DNA of 54,917 bases, from positions 38,252 through 93,168 of the forward strand of contig JBBTSO010000002.1 in NCBI GenBank assembly GCA_038064695.1, read 5' to 3'. The notes under the pieces were generated by a model. That model had not been told where the DNA came from and ran no database searches. It saw only the letters and a program-made list of their open reading frames with translations. Every line of letters starts with the position of its first letter. The stretch's first letter is position 1. Shown here one piece after another: positions 33,242 to 41,755 of the stretch. The DNA is from Patescibacteria group bacterium (GTDB lineage Bacteria; Patescibacteriota; Minisyncoccia; Phycocordibacterales; Phycocordibacteraceae). The position numbers and the translations under genes are program-made.

Positions 33242-34612
33242 TTATGAGCCACCCAAAATATCTATTTGCTTTTGGAAAAACGTCGCGTGTTCCATAACCC
33301 CGTCGCCGTAAAACGCGTAGGCAGGTTTCTCTGCGTTACCCCACCCGGCAAAGTAGCGGAGTGCCGCGAGACGTTCAGAAGCGTACGTGCCACGCGTAGC
33401 GCCATTGTCTTTGAGGAGAAGTGCGCTTGCCATAAAGGCGTCTTGGTTTTCCCACGGGTTCCCTGGAGAATTTTTTCCTAAGAGTGATCGAATACGGTCT
33501 TTGCTTGCGTCATACTCCCACGGCCCCGCATAGCTTCCTTTAACAGGGTTACACTTCCCCGTCCCCACGATGACAAATCCACCGAAACACGCCCACGTAG
33601 AGGGAATAAACTGCGCGGGACCCATAGCACCACCCCACCCGTAGCCCGGTTGTTTTGAAACGGGCATCTGGCGAGGATCAAGCCCTAATACTTCAGTAAT
33701 TTTTAAATACACGGGTACATCGCGCGTCGGATGCATATCCACGGTGTACGTCCCCGTTCCCAAGTACTCGCCGAGTCGGGTTTCCTGCTTCAACACGCCC
33801 AAAATAAGTGCCGCGCGCACTCCTGTTGCTTTGGATGCAGTGTTCGCGTACGAAAGCGCTTCACCAAAAGGAATGGCAGCGCTGTCACGTAGGGTAAAAA
33901 GTTCAGAGCGAATCTCTGCGGCGGTTTTTTCAATAGAGTTAATGAGTTTTTGGTACGCGTCTTCCTGGCCTTTCGTCACTTTTAAAATGTTTGAGCGTTC
34001 ACGCTCCTGCTCTTCAATTTTTTGCTTTTCCAAAACCTGGAGCGTTCGCAATTCTTGCTCTTCGGTGCGTTTCTGCTCCAGTGCTGTCTTTTCTTCAACG
34101 GTCACTGACTTCGTGTCAGCAATTTCCACAAACGACTCACGGAGCGCGCTCTTCACCGCAGTGAACGCATCCAGGTCAGCAAAAAAGTCAGAGACATCTT
34201 TAGAGGCAAGGACAAATTCCACAACGGTGTGATCGTCAATTTCATTGGTTTTTCGCAAAATATTGGCGAGTGACTGTTTCTCACGAATCAACTTTTCATC
34301 GAGTGACGTGATGGTGCTTGATTTACTCCCAATTTCAGAAGTGAGACGCTGAATGGAAAGGTCACGGGCACGAATGGAGAGTTTTGCTTTTTCAATTTGC
34401 GCGTCAAGAATCGCAATATCGCGCTCTAAAGACACGCGCTCGGTGCGCTTTTCGGTTAAAAATACCGTTTGATTTGCAATTTCTTTTTCAATCGCGGCAA
34501 GGTTGCGTTCCAGCTCTGCGCGACGCGCGGCAACATCTGCTTCATCAACCGCAAAAACTCCAGTAGGAGCAAGGAGGAGCACCGAACATAGGATAATTGC
34601 CCACGATTTCAT
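33242..34612 (-). CDS. secreted coiled-coil protein with a C-terminal MltB/SLT_2-like lytic transglycosylase domain
   Basis: Signal peptide MKSWAIILCSVLLLAPTGVFA, about 250 aa of coiled coil, then LKQETRLG and GAMGPAQFIPSTW. TATACT lies 6 nt upstream of the ATG at 34612. Confidence 0.7.
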   Translation of the reverse strand: MKSWAIILCSVLLLAPTGVFAVDEADVAARRAELERNLAAIEKEIANQTVFLTEKRTERVSLERDIAILDAQIEKAKLSIRARDLSIQRLTSEIGSKSSTITSLDEKLIREKQSLANILRKTNEIDDHTVVEFVLASKDVSDFFADLDAFTAVKSALRESFVEIADTKSVTVEEKTALEQKRTEEQELRTLQVLEKQKIEEQERERSNILKVTKGQEDAYQKLINSIEKTAAEIRSELFTLRDSAAIPFGEALSYANTASKATGVRAALILGVLKQETRLGEYLGTGTYTVDMHPTRDVPVYLKITEVLGLDPRQMPVSKQPGYGWGGAMGPAQFIPSTWACFGGFVIVGTGKCNPVKGSYAGPWEYDASKDRIRSLLGKNSPGNPWENQDAFMASALLLKDNGATRGTYASERLAALRYFAGWGNAEKPAYAFYGDGVMEHATFFQKQIDILGGS

Positions 34613-34660
34613 ACGTACAGTATACCTAACTGTAATGACGCACTCTACGCGTTTTGCTTT

Positions 34661-34688
34661 CAAAAAAACACCAGGGTTTTTGGTGTTT
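34661..34688 (-). terminator. intrinsic terminator after rplY
   Basis: Minus-strand RNA reads AAACACCA-AAAACCC-UGGUGUUU followed by UUUUUUG. Lies 15 nt after the rplY stop. Confidence 0.7.
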
Positions 34689-34702
34689 GTACTGAAGTAA
34701 TG

Positions 34703-35347
34703 TTACGCGTCTGGGGCTGGCGCTTCTTCCTCTTTCTTTCCTCGTTCTTCTGAAATGCCGATTGTAGCCATATCCACTGCCGCGACTGGTTCAACTGGTT
34801 CTTCTTCAGGCATGGCAACAATAGCAATAACTTCCTCAGGGTCGGTAACCAACACCACTCCGGAAGGAAGGTTTATATCTTTTGCGGTAATCTGGCTCTC
34901 CAGTGTGGTGAGACTACCAATATCCACCATGAGTTCGTGGGGAAGATTCATGGCGTCTGCTTCAACTTCAAGCTCGTGGAGCACTTTCACGACGTTCGCG
35001 CCAAGCTCTTTAACCACGGGAGCGACACCGGAGAATTCAAGAGGAACGGAGACTTCCACTTTCTGACCTTTCTGCACCGCGTAAAAGTCCACGTGGCGTG
35101 GTTCGTTGGTAAGTGGATCATAGTCCACGTCATGAATGAGGACATTCTTTTCCATACCATCAATAGAAAGAGCGACAATGGTTGACTCGCCGGCATCTTT
35201 CAAAATATTGGTAAACTCACGCTGCGAAAGCTCAATAGAAAGTGCTTCATCTTTTGCACCATAGACGACTGCGGGCATTTTCCCTGCTTTTCTGAGCGCG
35301 ACAAGGCCTTTCCCTGAAACGGTTCTCTTTGATGCGGTTAATTCCAT
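34703..35347 (-). CDS. rplY: 50S ribosomal protein L25 / general stress protein Ctc form
   Basis: RKAGKMPAVVYG...HDVDYDPLTNEPRHVDF, with an acidic C-terminal extension. Confidence 0.88.
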   Translation of the reverse strand: MELTASKRTVSGKGLVALRKAGKMPAVVYGAKDEALSIELSQREFTNILKDAGESTIVALSIDGMEKNVLIHDVDYDPLTNEPRHVDFYAVQKGQKVEVSVPLEFSGVAPVVKELGANVVKVLHELEVEADAMNLPHELMVDIGSLTTLESQITAKDINLPSGVVLVTDPEEVIAIVAMPEEEPVEPVAAVDMATIGISEERGKKEEEAPAPDA

Positions 35348-35356
35348 AGTCCAAAG

Positions 35357-35385
35357 AGTATATAAGAAAAAGAGATAAAAATCAA
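35357..35385 (-). promoter_or_regulatory. rplY promoter TTGATT-17-TATACT, 9 nt upstream of the ATG
   Basis: Minus strand: TTGATT (35385..35380), 17 nt, TATACT (35362..35357). Confidence 0.5.
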
Positions 35386-35389
35386 AGCG

Positions 35390-36394
35390 TTAGGCGAGTC
35401 CCCACTCTACTCGCCGCTGTTTTCCTTGATCGCGCAAGTTTTGAATAATTTCACTAACTTTAACTGGTGCAGACGTACTCAAATGCTTATCACGAAATGC
35501 CGCAGACGTTAAATTGCCGTCCTGATCAAAATCAAATTGGGCCGACTCAAGAAAGTTGCGAATACCACCCATTTCATTCCAATTTTTAAGGTTGATTTCC
35601 TTTCCAATGATGCCCATCGTTATGTAGTCAATGACAGGAGCGTGTGCAATAGTAATGCCGTGCACATGCTGGTCGGGAAATTTATCCTCCATATTTTTTG
35701 CTTCTCGTGCAAACTCTTCTAGCTGGTTTGCCGCCTCATCCTCAGGAGTGCTTTCACTGATAAATCGCGTAGGATTAAAATAGCGAAGCACATCTTCTTT
35801 TGTATATATAGAATCGACAAGTGGTAAAATTTCCTTGACCAGTTGGTTTACCTCACTTTTACGAGTAACTTGAATTTTGCTTAAAAGGTTATGGACGTGG
35901 GCTGCCATTTCTTTTTCATTTTTTGCCATAACTCTTAAATCTTCTTGCGCCTCATTCCATACTTCAGCAACATTATTTCCGGTGGTTAAACCAAGCCCCG
36001 GAACGTCTGGCACATTCGTTACCACCCAACGTTTTGAAGGATTATGTACCGCTGACGCCATCATTTCTTCATCGGCGTAGTCAATAAACTCAACAGAGTC
36101 TTCATTTGCGTCTCGCGCCAACTCTTTCAAGGCTTTTTCAAGATGTGAACGCGTATCTAACGCGCGCTCCACATTTGACGGCATCACATAAAACACCGAC
36201 CCTAGTGGGTGTCTCATAATATCTGCATACGTATCACGCGCCTCATCCTCAATATCTTCTTTCGCTTCAGGAGAGAGACTTTCTTCGTAGGCACTCCGCC
36301 TTGCGTGACGTCTCAAGTCGCGTCTATTTTCCTTATGTAGTGGGTTATCTAAATCTCCAAAAGCTGCTTCAGACATGGTGCTTTTACTATACAA
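35390..36394 (-). CDS. hypothetical acidic cytoplasmic protein (334 aa)
   Basis: Long clean ORF 16 nt downstream of the FAD-oxidase gene, so probably co-transcribed. No motif that I recognise. Confidence 0.55.
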   Translation of the reverse strand: MYSKSTMSEAAFGDLDNPLHKENRRDLRRHARRSAYEESLSPEAKEDIEDEARDTYADIMRHPLGSVFYVMPSNVERALDTRSHLEKALKELARDANEDSVEFIDYADEEMMASAVHNPSKRWVVTNVPDVPGLGLTTGNNVAEVWNEAQEDLRVMAKNEKEMAAHVHNLLSKIQVTRKSEVNQLVKEILPLVDSIYTKEDVLRYFNPTRFISESTPEDEAANQLEEFAREAKNMEDKFPDQHVHGITIAHAPVIDYITMGIIGKEINLKNWNEMGGIRNFLESAQFDFDQDGNLTSAAFRDKHLSTSAPVKVSEIIQNLRDQGKQRRVEWGLA

Positions 36395-36410
36395 TTAAAA
36401 ATTAAAAATG

Positions 36411-38078
36411 CTACCGTTCTGGTTTTGGCAAGTCGAGGTGTGCAAATGGTTCATAGTCACCCCGCACCACTTTTTTCCCAGGATTAAAAATATCAAAAGG
36501 ATCAAAAATTGATTCAACCGATTTAAACAACCCAGTCATTGCGGGACCAAACATGCGCTCAACGTACGGGGTTCGCGCGTACCCATCGTTATGTTCTCCA
36601 CTTATGGACCCCCCGTACTTCAACACGAGCGCATATACTTTTTCAGACAACTCGGTAACGAGTGTCACACCGTCAGTGCGCTTCGGGTCAATTAACGGAA
36701 TGATATGAAAGTTTCCATCTCCTACGTGGCCAGCAACCGTATAGGTTAAGTCATATTCTTTTAAAATACTATTCAGATGTGGTAGAAACTCGGGAAGGGT
36801 TGCGGGAGGTACCACGAAGTCTTCAATAAAAGGCGCCGTGCGCTTCCCGCGCACTTTTTTTCGAAGAAGATTGAAACTTTCTCGTCGCACAACCCAGTAC
36901 TTTCGTGCAGCGCGCTCGTTTTTCGCTAAAAAGATTCCCGGTGATGTTTTTGTCTGACGCAACTCTTGAATGAGTTTTTTGGCGCGCAAAAGCGCGTCGG
37001 AAGACGCGTCTGAACGAAATTCAACGAGGAGCACGAGTTTGGGAACACCACTCGTCAACAAGCGCCACACTTCGGGGAGAAACGCGAAACCGAGTCCAAT
37101 AATATTCGTTTTCATCTGGAGCGCAAATTCAGGAAAATATTTTGCGGCAAGCGTAAACGTGTTGTCGTCGTAGGATTCAAAACTGTCGGGCGCGTGTTTC
37201 AAAATAGTGGGAACGAGCGACCCTAAATCAGCAATGTCATTAACGAACACCACCGCCATAGACGCGTATTTTTTAGGACGCACGAGGCGGAAGCGAATTT
37301 TGGTAATAATACCCATCGTCCCCTGACTTCCCGTCATGAGACGCGCTACATTGAGTGAGTCAACGCCATCCCCCACATCCCACAACGCGTATCCTGAGGA
37401 ATTTTTGACCACGCGAGGGCGGTGTTCCTCTATCGTCTGGCCATGTTCGCGAATGATATTGCTCAGCGCTCGGTATGCCTCTCCGATAAATGATTGCTCC
37501 TGAAGTTTTTCTTTAAGCGCCGCTCCACTTACCTTTTTTAGGGTGTGAACTTCTCCATCAGCGAGCACCATTTCAAGCTCCTCTACGTATCGCGCAGTTT
37601 TCCCGTACTTCAAATGTTTTTCGCCTCCCGCGTCATTTCCTACCATTCCACCCACCGTACATATTTCACGGCTGGCGGTATAGGAAGGGAGTTCAAGATT
37701 TTTCTTTTTTGTCTCTCGGTCAAAGTCGCGGAAGTAGACCCCTGGCTCAACAACAGCGTATCCTCCCTCTTCGTCTTCTCCCACCTCTATAACTGAGTTG
37801 AAGTGAGGAAGCATATCAACCACGACAGATTCAGTGAGGGGGCCACCGCTCATATCAGTGCCCGCGGCACGCGGAGTTAAAGAAATCACGTTTCCTTTCT
37901 TTTTTTCTTGCGTCACGTACGACACCAGCCGCTGTACATCTTTTGTATTTTTTGGCCTGACAACAACAGTGGGTGTTACCTTAAAAAGGCTCGCGTCGCG
38001 GCTATATTTTTCTCTTGTTTCATCACTATCATCCACTTCCCCTTCAAGAAGGGCGCGCAATTCGAAAGCTAAAGTCAT
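36411..38078 (-). CDS. FAD-linked oxidase (GlcD / D-lactate dehydrogenase-like, PCMH-type FAD-binding domain)
   Basis: 555 aa. FAD-binding region PRAAGTDMSGG...GGMVGNDAGG and C-terminal oxidase region HVGDGNFH...SGEHNDG. TATAAT lies 6 nt upstream of the ATG. Confidence 0.75.
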   Translation of the reverse strand: MTLAFELRALLEGEVDDSDETREKYSRDASLFKVTPTVVVRPKNTKDVQRLVSYVTQEKKKGNVISLTPRAAGTDMSGGPLTESVVVDMLPHFNSVIEVGEDEEGGYAVVEPGVYFRDFDRETKKKNLELPSYTASREICTVGGMVGNDAGGEKHLKYGKTARYVEELEMVLADGEVHTLKKVSGAALKEKLQEQSFIGEAYRALSNIIREHGQTIEEHRPRVVKNSSGYALWDVGDGVDSLNVARLMTGSQGTMGIITKIRFRLVRPKKYASMAVVFVNDIADLGSLVPTILKHAPDSFESYDDNTFTLAAKYFPEFALQMKTNIIGLGFAFLPEVWRLLTSGVPKLVLLVEFRSDASSDALLRAKKLIQELRQTKTSPGIFLAKNERAARKYWVVRRESFNLLRKKVRGKRTAPFIEDFVVPPATLPEFLPHLNSILKEYDLTYTVAGHVGDGNFHIIPLIDPKRTDGVTLVTELSEKVYALVLKYGGSISGEHNDGYARTPYVERMFGPAMTGLFKSVESIFDPFDIFNPGKKVVRGDYEPFAHLDLPKPER

Positions 38079-38084
38079 GCGAGC

Positions 38085-38120
38085 ATTATATACTGACCCC
38101 TCAGCACCGTAGGGTATACT
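38085..38120. promoter_or_regulatory. 52-bp divergent control region with back-to-back -10 boxes
   Basis: Minus strand: TATAAT (38090..38085), 6 nt from the ATG at 38078. Plus strand: TATACT (38115..38120), 10 nt from the ATG at 38131. Confidence 0.45.
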
Positions 38121-38130
38121 AGTCTTTAGT

Positions 38131-38835
38131 ATGGATACAGAAAAACAGGCTCACGAAACTCTCGTAGCAGAACTGAACGACCCAAAAACATTAGAAGAGT
38201 ATAAAAAATCGTGCGACAACGCTCGCGTTGCACTGCTCCCCCGCCTCCTGGGAAATTTTTTGGTATGGGCAGGCAACACACTCTACGGAGATAAACCGAC
38301 CTACCTTAAATTTCGCGCCGTGGAAGTCATTGCACGCGTTCCCTACCACTCCTGGGCAGCGGTCGCGCACACACTCCTCACTATGTTCTACCGCGACGAA
38401 AAACGCGCCCTCAAATTATGTGAAGACAACAACTTTGCGCGACTCTCCCAAGAAAATGAAACTATGCACGTTATTGTCATTTCAAAGCTCGCCACGGAAG
38501 AACAGAAAGACAACATGCTCGTTCATACCATTATTCCGATGCTCTTTGCCTTCTTCTACTACTGGATGAGTTACCTAATGTACCTCTTTCAGCCACGCTG
38601 GTCTATGCAACTCAACTACCTCTTTGAAGATCACGCATTCAGCCAGTACGACCGTTTCTTAAAAGAAAACGAAGAAACGCTTAAAAACAAGTTGGTGACG
38701 AGCGACTTTCTATTGTGGTATGGTCGCGACCCACTGTCACAGTACGAATTCTTTCAATCGGTACGCAACGACGAGTTGATACACCGAAACAAATCAATCC
38801 ATGGGACGAGTCGCGCACAGAATGGGATACAATAA
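38131..38835 (+). CDS. alternative-oxidase / plastid-terminal-oxidase (AOX/PTOX)-like di-iron carboxylate protein
   Basis: Four motifs in the AOX/PTOX order: AVEVIARVPYH (LETxAxVP-like), QENETMHVI (NExMH), YLFEDHAFSQYDRFL (LEEEA / ExxH-like) and VRNDELIHR (RxDExxH). Confidence 0.7.
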   Translation: MDTEKQAHETLVAELNDPKTLEEYKKSCDNARVALLPRLLGNFLVWAGNTLYGDKPTYLKFRAVEVIARVPYHSWAAVAHTLLTMFYRDEKRALKLCEDNNFARLSQENETMHVIVISKLATEEQKDNMLVHTIIPMLFAFFYYWMSYLMYLFQPRWSMQLNYLFEDHAFSQYDRFLKENEETLKNKLVTSDFLLWYGRDPLSQYEFFQSVRNDELIHRNKSIHGTSRAQNGIQ

Positions 38836-38839
38836 AAAG

Positions 38840-39805
38840 ATGAAGTACGACTTTGATCTTGTCGGGTTAGGCGACACCGTCACGGATGCATTTATTTTGC
38901 TGGAGGACGCGAGCGTCCACTGCAATATAGACAACGAAGATTGCACCATTTCTATGCGCTGGGGAGACAAAATCCCCTACAAAGACCTCGTTGTCGTGCA
39001 CGGCGTAGGAAACAGCGCAAACGCGACCGTTGCCGCTACACGACTTGGGCTTAAAAGTGCACTGGTGACGGACATCGGGAAAGACCAATTCGGAGCAGAA
39101 ATACTCTCTAATTTTAAAAAAGAGGGTCTTAGTACGAAATTCATACGGAGTCACCGTGATATTCCCACGAACTACCATTTCGTTCTTTCATTTGAAGCCG
39201 AAAGAACTATTTTGGTAAAACATCAGATGTATCCACACCACCTTCCGAAAGGTTTAGAAAAAACGCGTGGATTGTATCTTTCATCTTTAGGGAGCGACAC
39301 CGAGGTGTACCACCAGGAAATTGCGGAATTCGTTGATGCACACCCTGAAATGTTTGTTGCGTTCCAACCAGGCACCTTTCAAATAAAACTAGGTATTGAA
39401 AAACTTGCACGTATTTATAAAAACACTAACCTCTTTTTTGCCAACAAAGAAGAGTACCAGCGCATTTTAAATCTTCCTGAAGAAAAAGAGGTGTCCGTAC
39501 TTTTGAAAAAAATGTCAGAACACGGCCCGAAAACTCCTATACTCACCGACGGAAGAAACGGCGCGTACGCGCTCAATGCTGGCGAGATTATTCACGTTCC
39601 TATGTTTCCTGACCCCGCTCCACCTGTTGAGCGAACCGGCGCGGGAGACGCATTTTCTTCAACTACTGCTGCGTATGTGCTCCAAGGAATGCCGCTCTAT
39701 GACGCTATGGTCCGCGGAACCATAAACAGCGCGTATGTGGTACAAAAAATAGGTGCGCAAGCAGGGCTGTTGACTAAAAAAGAGCTGGAATCAAAGCTCA
39801 TTTAG
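38840..39805 (+). CDS. PfkB-family carbohydrate/nucleoside kinase
   Basis: N-terminal GLGDTVTDAF, and C-terminal anion-hole/catalytic motif TGAGDAFSS. The ATG lies 4 nt after the PTOX-like stop. Confidence 0.8.
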   Translation: MKYDFDLVGLGDTVTDAFILLEDASVHCNIDNEDCTISMRWGDKIPYKDLVVVHGVGNSANATVAATRLGLKSALVTDIGKDQFGAEILSNFKKEGLSTKFIRSHRDIPTNYHFVLSFEAERTILVKHQMYPHHLPKGLEKTRGLYLSSLGSDTEVYHQEIAEFVDAHPEMFVAFQPGTFQIKLGIEKLARIYKNTNLFFANKEEYQRILNLPEEKEVSVLLKKMSEHGPKTPILTDGRNGAYALNAGEIIHVPMFPDPAPPVERTGAGDAFSSTTAAYVLQGMPLYDAMVRGTINSAYVVQKIGAQAGLLTKKELESKLI

Positions 39806-39824
39806 AAATTTTCTTGCGTGCTAA

Positions 39825-39853
39825 TTGACAGAATATTTTTTTAGTAGTACTGT
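39825..39853 (+). promoter_or_regulatory. promoter TTGACA-17-TACTGT, 7 nt upstream of the ATG at 39861
   Basis: Plus strand: TTGACA (39825..39830), 17 nt, TACTGT (39848..39853). Confidence 0.5.
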
Positions 39854-39860
39854 AGTTGAT

Positions 39861-40037
39861 ATGAAAAATACGCGAGGGCATGAAATAGTACACGCACACG
39901 ATGATGGACTTGACCCTGGACTTCCTTCTGTGAGCGAGTTTCGTGTGGGTATGTGGGCAGTATTAGGAGCCACACTGACAGTTATAGGGTCTGCTGCTGG
40001 AATTGCTGCCTGCGTATTATTTAGTTCTCACGACTAA
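39861..40037 (+). CDS. small C-terminally anchored membrane protein (58 aa), hypothetical
   Basis: MKNTRGHEIVHAHDDG...MWAVLGATLTVIGSAAGIAACVLF. The TTG at the ORF-track start is actually the -35 hexamer. Confidence 0.5.
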   Translation: MKNTRGHEIVHAHDDGLDPGLPSVSEFRVGMWAVLGATLTVIGSAAGIAACVLFSSHD

Positions 40038-40077
40038 ACCCCAAATCGTGGTGAATATTGCCACTAACTAGCAACGT

Positions 40078-40908
40078 TCACTCTCTGATTCTCCATCCTT
40101 GTTTAAAGAGGTGCCATACGAGTACAAGGAGTAAAACAAGTAACACCAATACAACTGACCACGAAAGAACAAGCGATGTATCGTGGTGGTCAATCATTGA
40201 ATAGCGCATTAAATCAACGAAGTAGAAGAAGGGATTAAAGTGCGAAACAAATTGAAGAGATGCGGGAAGCATATCAATGGAGTAGAACATTCCGCCCAAA
40301 AACGAGAGCGGCATGATGATGAATGTGGGAACCATGTTGAGTTGTTCAAACCCTTTTGACCATAAACCAACAATCATACCGAGAAGCGCGAATACTCCCG
40401 AGACCGCAAACGTAACTAAGAAAAAGGTGAGCGGGTGTGAAAAGTACACCGCCCCGAATATGAGTCCGATAATCATAATGCCGGTTGCAATAATGATGGT
40501 TCGTATGATGGCGGAGAGTGTAAACGCGAGAATCATTTCAAGGTATGAAAAAGGAGCTACGAGCATTTCTTCAATGGAACGCAAAAATCGCGCGAAGTAC
40601 ACCACTGACGAAGAAGACATAAACGCTCCCTGAATAACATTCATCATCAATATGCCTGGGAAAACGAAATTGATATAGGGAACGCCACCAATCAGGTCAA
40701 TGCGCTGTCCGAGGATTGAGCCAAAAATAAAAATGTAGAGGAACGCCGAAACCCATGGAGAAACAAACACCTGCCCTGCTACCCGAATGGTGCGGTCGTA
40801 CTCACGCTTTAAAAATGAAGCGAGGCCAATCCAGTTAAAATTCATTGGTTCCATCCCGTTAGAAATCTGGTCGTTTCCGCCTTCTCTTTGTTGTGTGTTC
40901 TTTTGCAT
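40078..40908 (-). CDS. ABC-2 type transporter permease
   Basis: About 6 TM segments, paired with the upstream ATPase. The real start may be the ATG at 40854 (MEPMNFNW...), because the first 18 codons lie inside a large hairpin. Confidence 0.75.
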   Translation of the reverse strand: MQKNTQQREGGNDQISNGMEPMNFNWIGLASFLKREYDRTIRVAGQVFVSPWVSAFLYIFIFGSILGQRIDLIGGVPYINFVFPGILMMNVIQGAFMSSSSVVYFARFLRSIEEMLVAPFSYLEMILAFTLSAIIRTIIIATGIMIIGLIFGAVYFSHPLTFFLVTFAVSGVFALLGMIVGLWSKGFEQLNMVPTFIIMPLSFLGGMFYSIDMLPASLQFVSHFNPFFYFVDLMRYSMIDHHDTSLVLSWSVVLVLLVLLLVLVWHLFKQGWRIRE

Positions 40909-40979
40909 AATGTGTGTTTATAGTACTACGTAAAGAAAAAATTTTAGAAAATTTTTTCTTTCAAAGATTTCTAACGGGA
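40854..40979 (-). promoter_or_regulatory. nested inverted repeats spanning the ATPase-permease junction
   Basis: Outer 15-nt perfect arms TCCCGTTAGAAATCT (40854..40868) and AGATTTCTAACGGGA (40965..40979). Inner 14-bp AT-only palindrome AAAGAAAAAATTTT-AG-AAAATTTTTTCTTT (40932..40961). Confidence 0.5.
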
Positions 40980-40993
40980 TTCCATACGTAAAT

Positions 40994-41731
40994 TTAAAAG
41001 TCTTCACCTTTAGTTATTTTTAAGTACGACTGTTCAAGACGGTCGCCATCTTTCATAAATTCTGCTTTGTCACCCTCAGCAACAATTTTCCCCTTATTCA
41101 CAATCGCAATTCGTTTTGCCAACTTTTCTACTTCTTCCAAGTAGTGGCTCGTTAGAATGATTGTCTTCCCTTGTGCATTCAACTCCTCCATATATCTCCA
41201 CAAATCATGTCTCAATTCCACGTCAACTCCTGAGGTTGGCTCGTCAAGAATGATGAGTTCTGGGTCGTGCACCATAGCGCGTGCAAGCATAACACGACGC
41301 TTTAGCCCTCCTGAAAGCTCACGAAACGGCTTGTCAGCGTGATTCATAAGGCCAAACTGCTCTAGTAGCTCTTCCGTTCGCACTCGTGCCTTTTTTGGGC
41401 CAATGCCGTAGTAACCGGCAACGTACCGGAGTAGGTGCCGTGCCGGGGTAAAAAAGTCGGCATTAAACTCTTGCGGTGAGAGTCCCACGAGGCGCCGCGC
41501 CTCGCGGTAGTCTTTTACCACGTCTAGTCCAAATATTTTCATCGTGCCCGAGGTAGGGAGTGCGATACCGGTCAAACAGTGAATGGTGGTTGACTTCCCT
41601 GCCCCGTTTGGACCTAATAAACCAAAAAACTCCCCTTTCTTTACTGAAAGTGACAGCCCATCAATGGCGGGAGTTTTTGCAGTGCGGTATTGTTTTTTAA
41701 AATCAACGATTTCAATCGCGTACTCACTCAT
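40994..41731 (-). CDS. ABC transporter ATP-binding protein
   Basis: Walker A GLLGPNGAGKST, signature LSGGLKRR, Walker B LIILDEPTSGVD. Confidence 0.9.
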   Translation of the reverse strand: MSEYAIEIVDFKKQYRTAKTPAIDGLSLSVKKGEFFGLLGPNGAGKSTTIHCLTGIALPTSGTMKIFGLDVVKDYREARRLVGLSPQEFNADFFTPARHLLRYVAGYYGIGPKKARVRTEELLEQFGLMNHADKPFRELSGGLKRRVMLARAMVHDPELIILDEPTSGVDVELRHDLWRYMEELNAQGKTIILTSHYLEEVEKLAKRIAIVNKGKIVAEGDKAEFMKDGDRLEQSYLKITKGEDF

Positions 41732-41755
41732 AAGTCTGGATATTCTAGCACAACC

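Noticed and set aside
38228-38569. 113-aa plus-strand ORF in another frame inside the PTOX-like gene.
   Set aside because: The other frame carries all four di-iron motifs, and this frame has no motif or start context.
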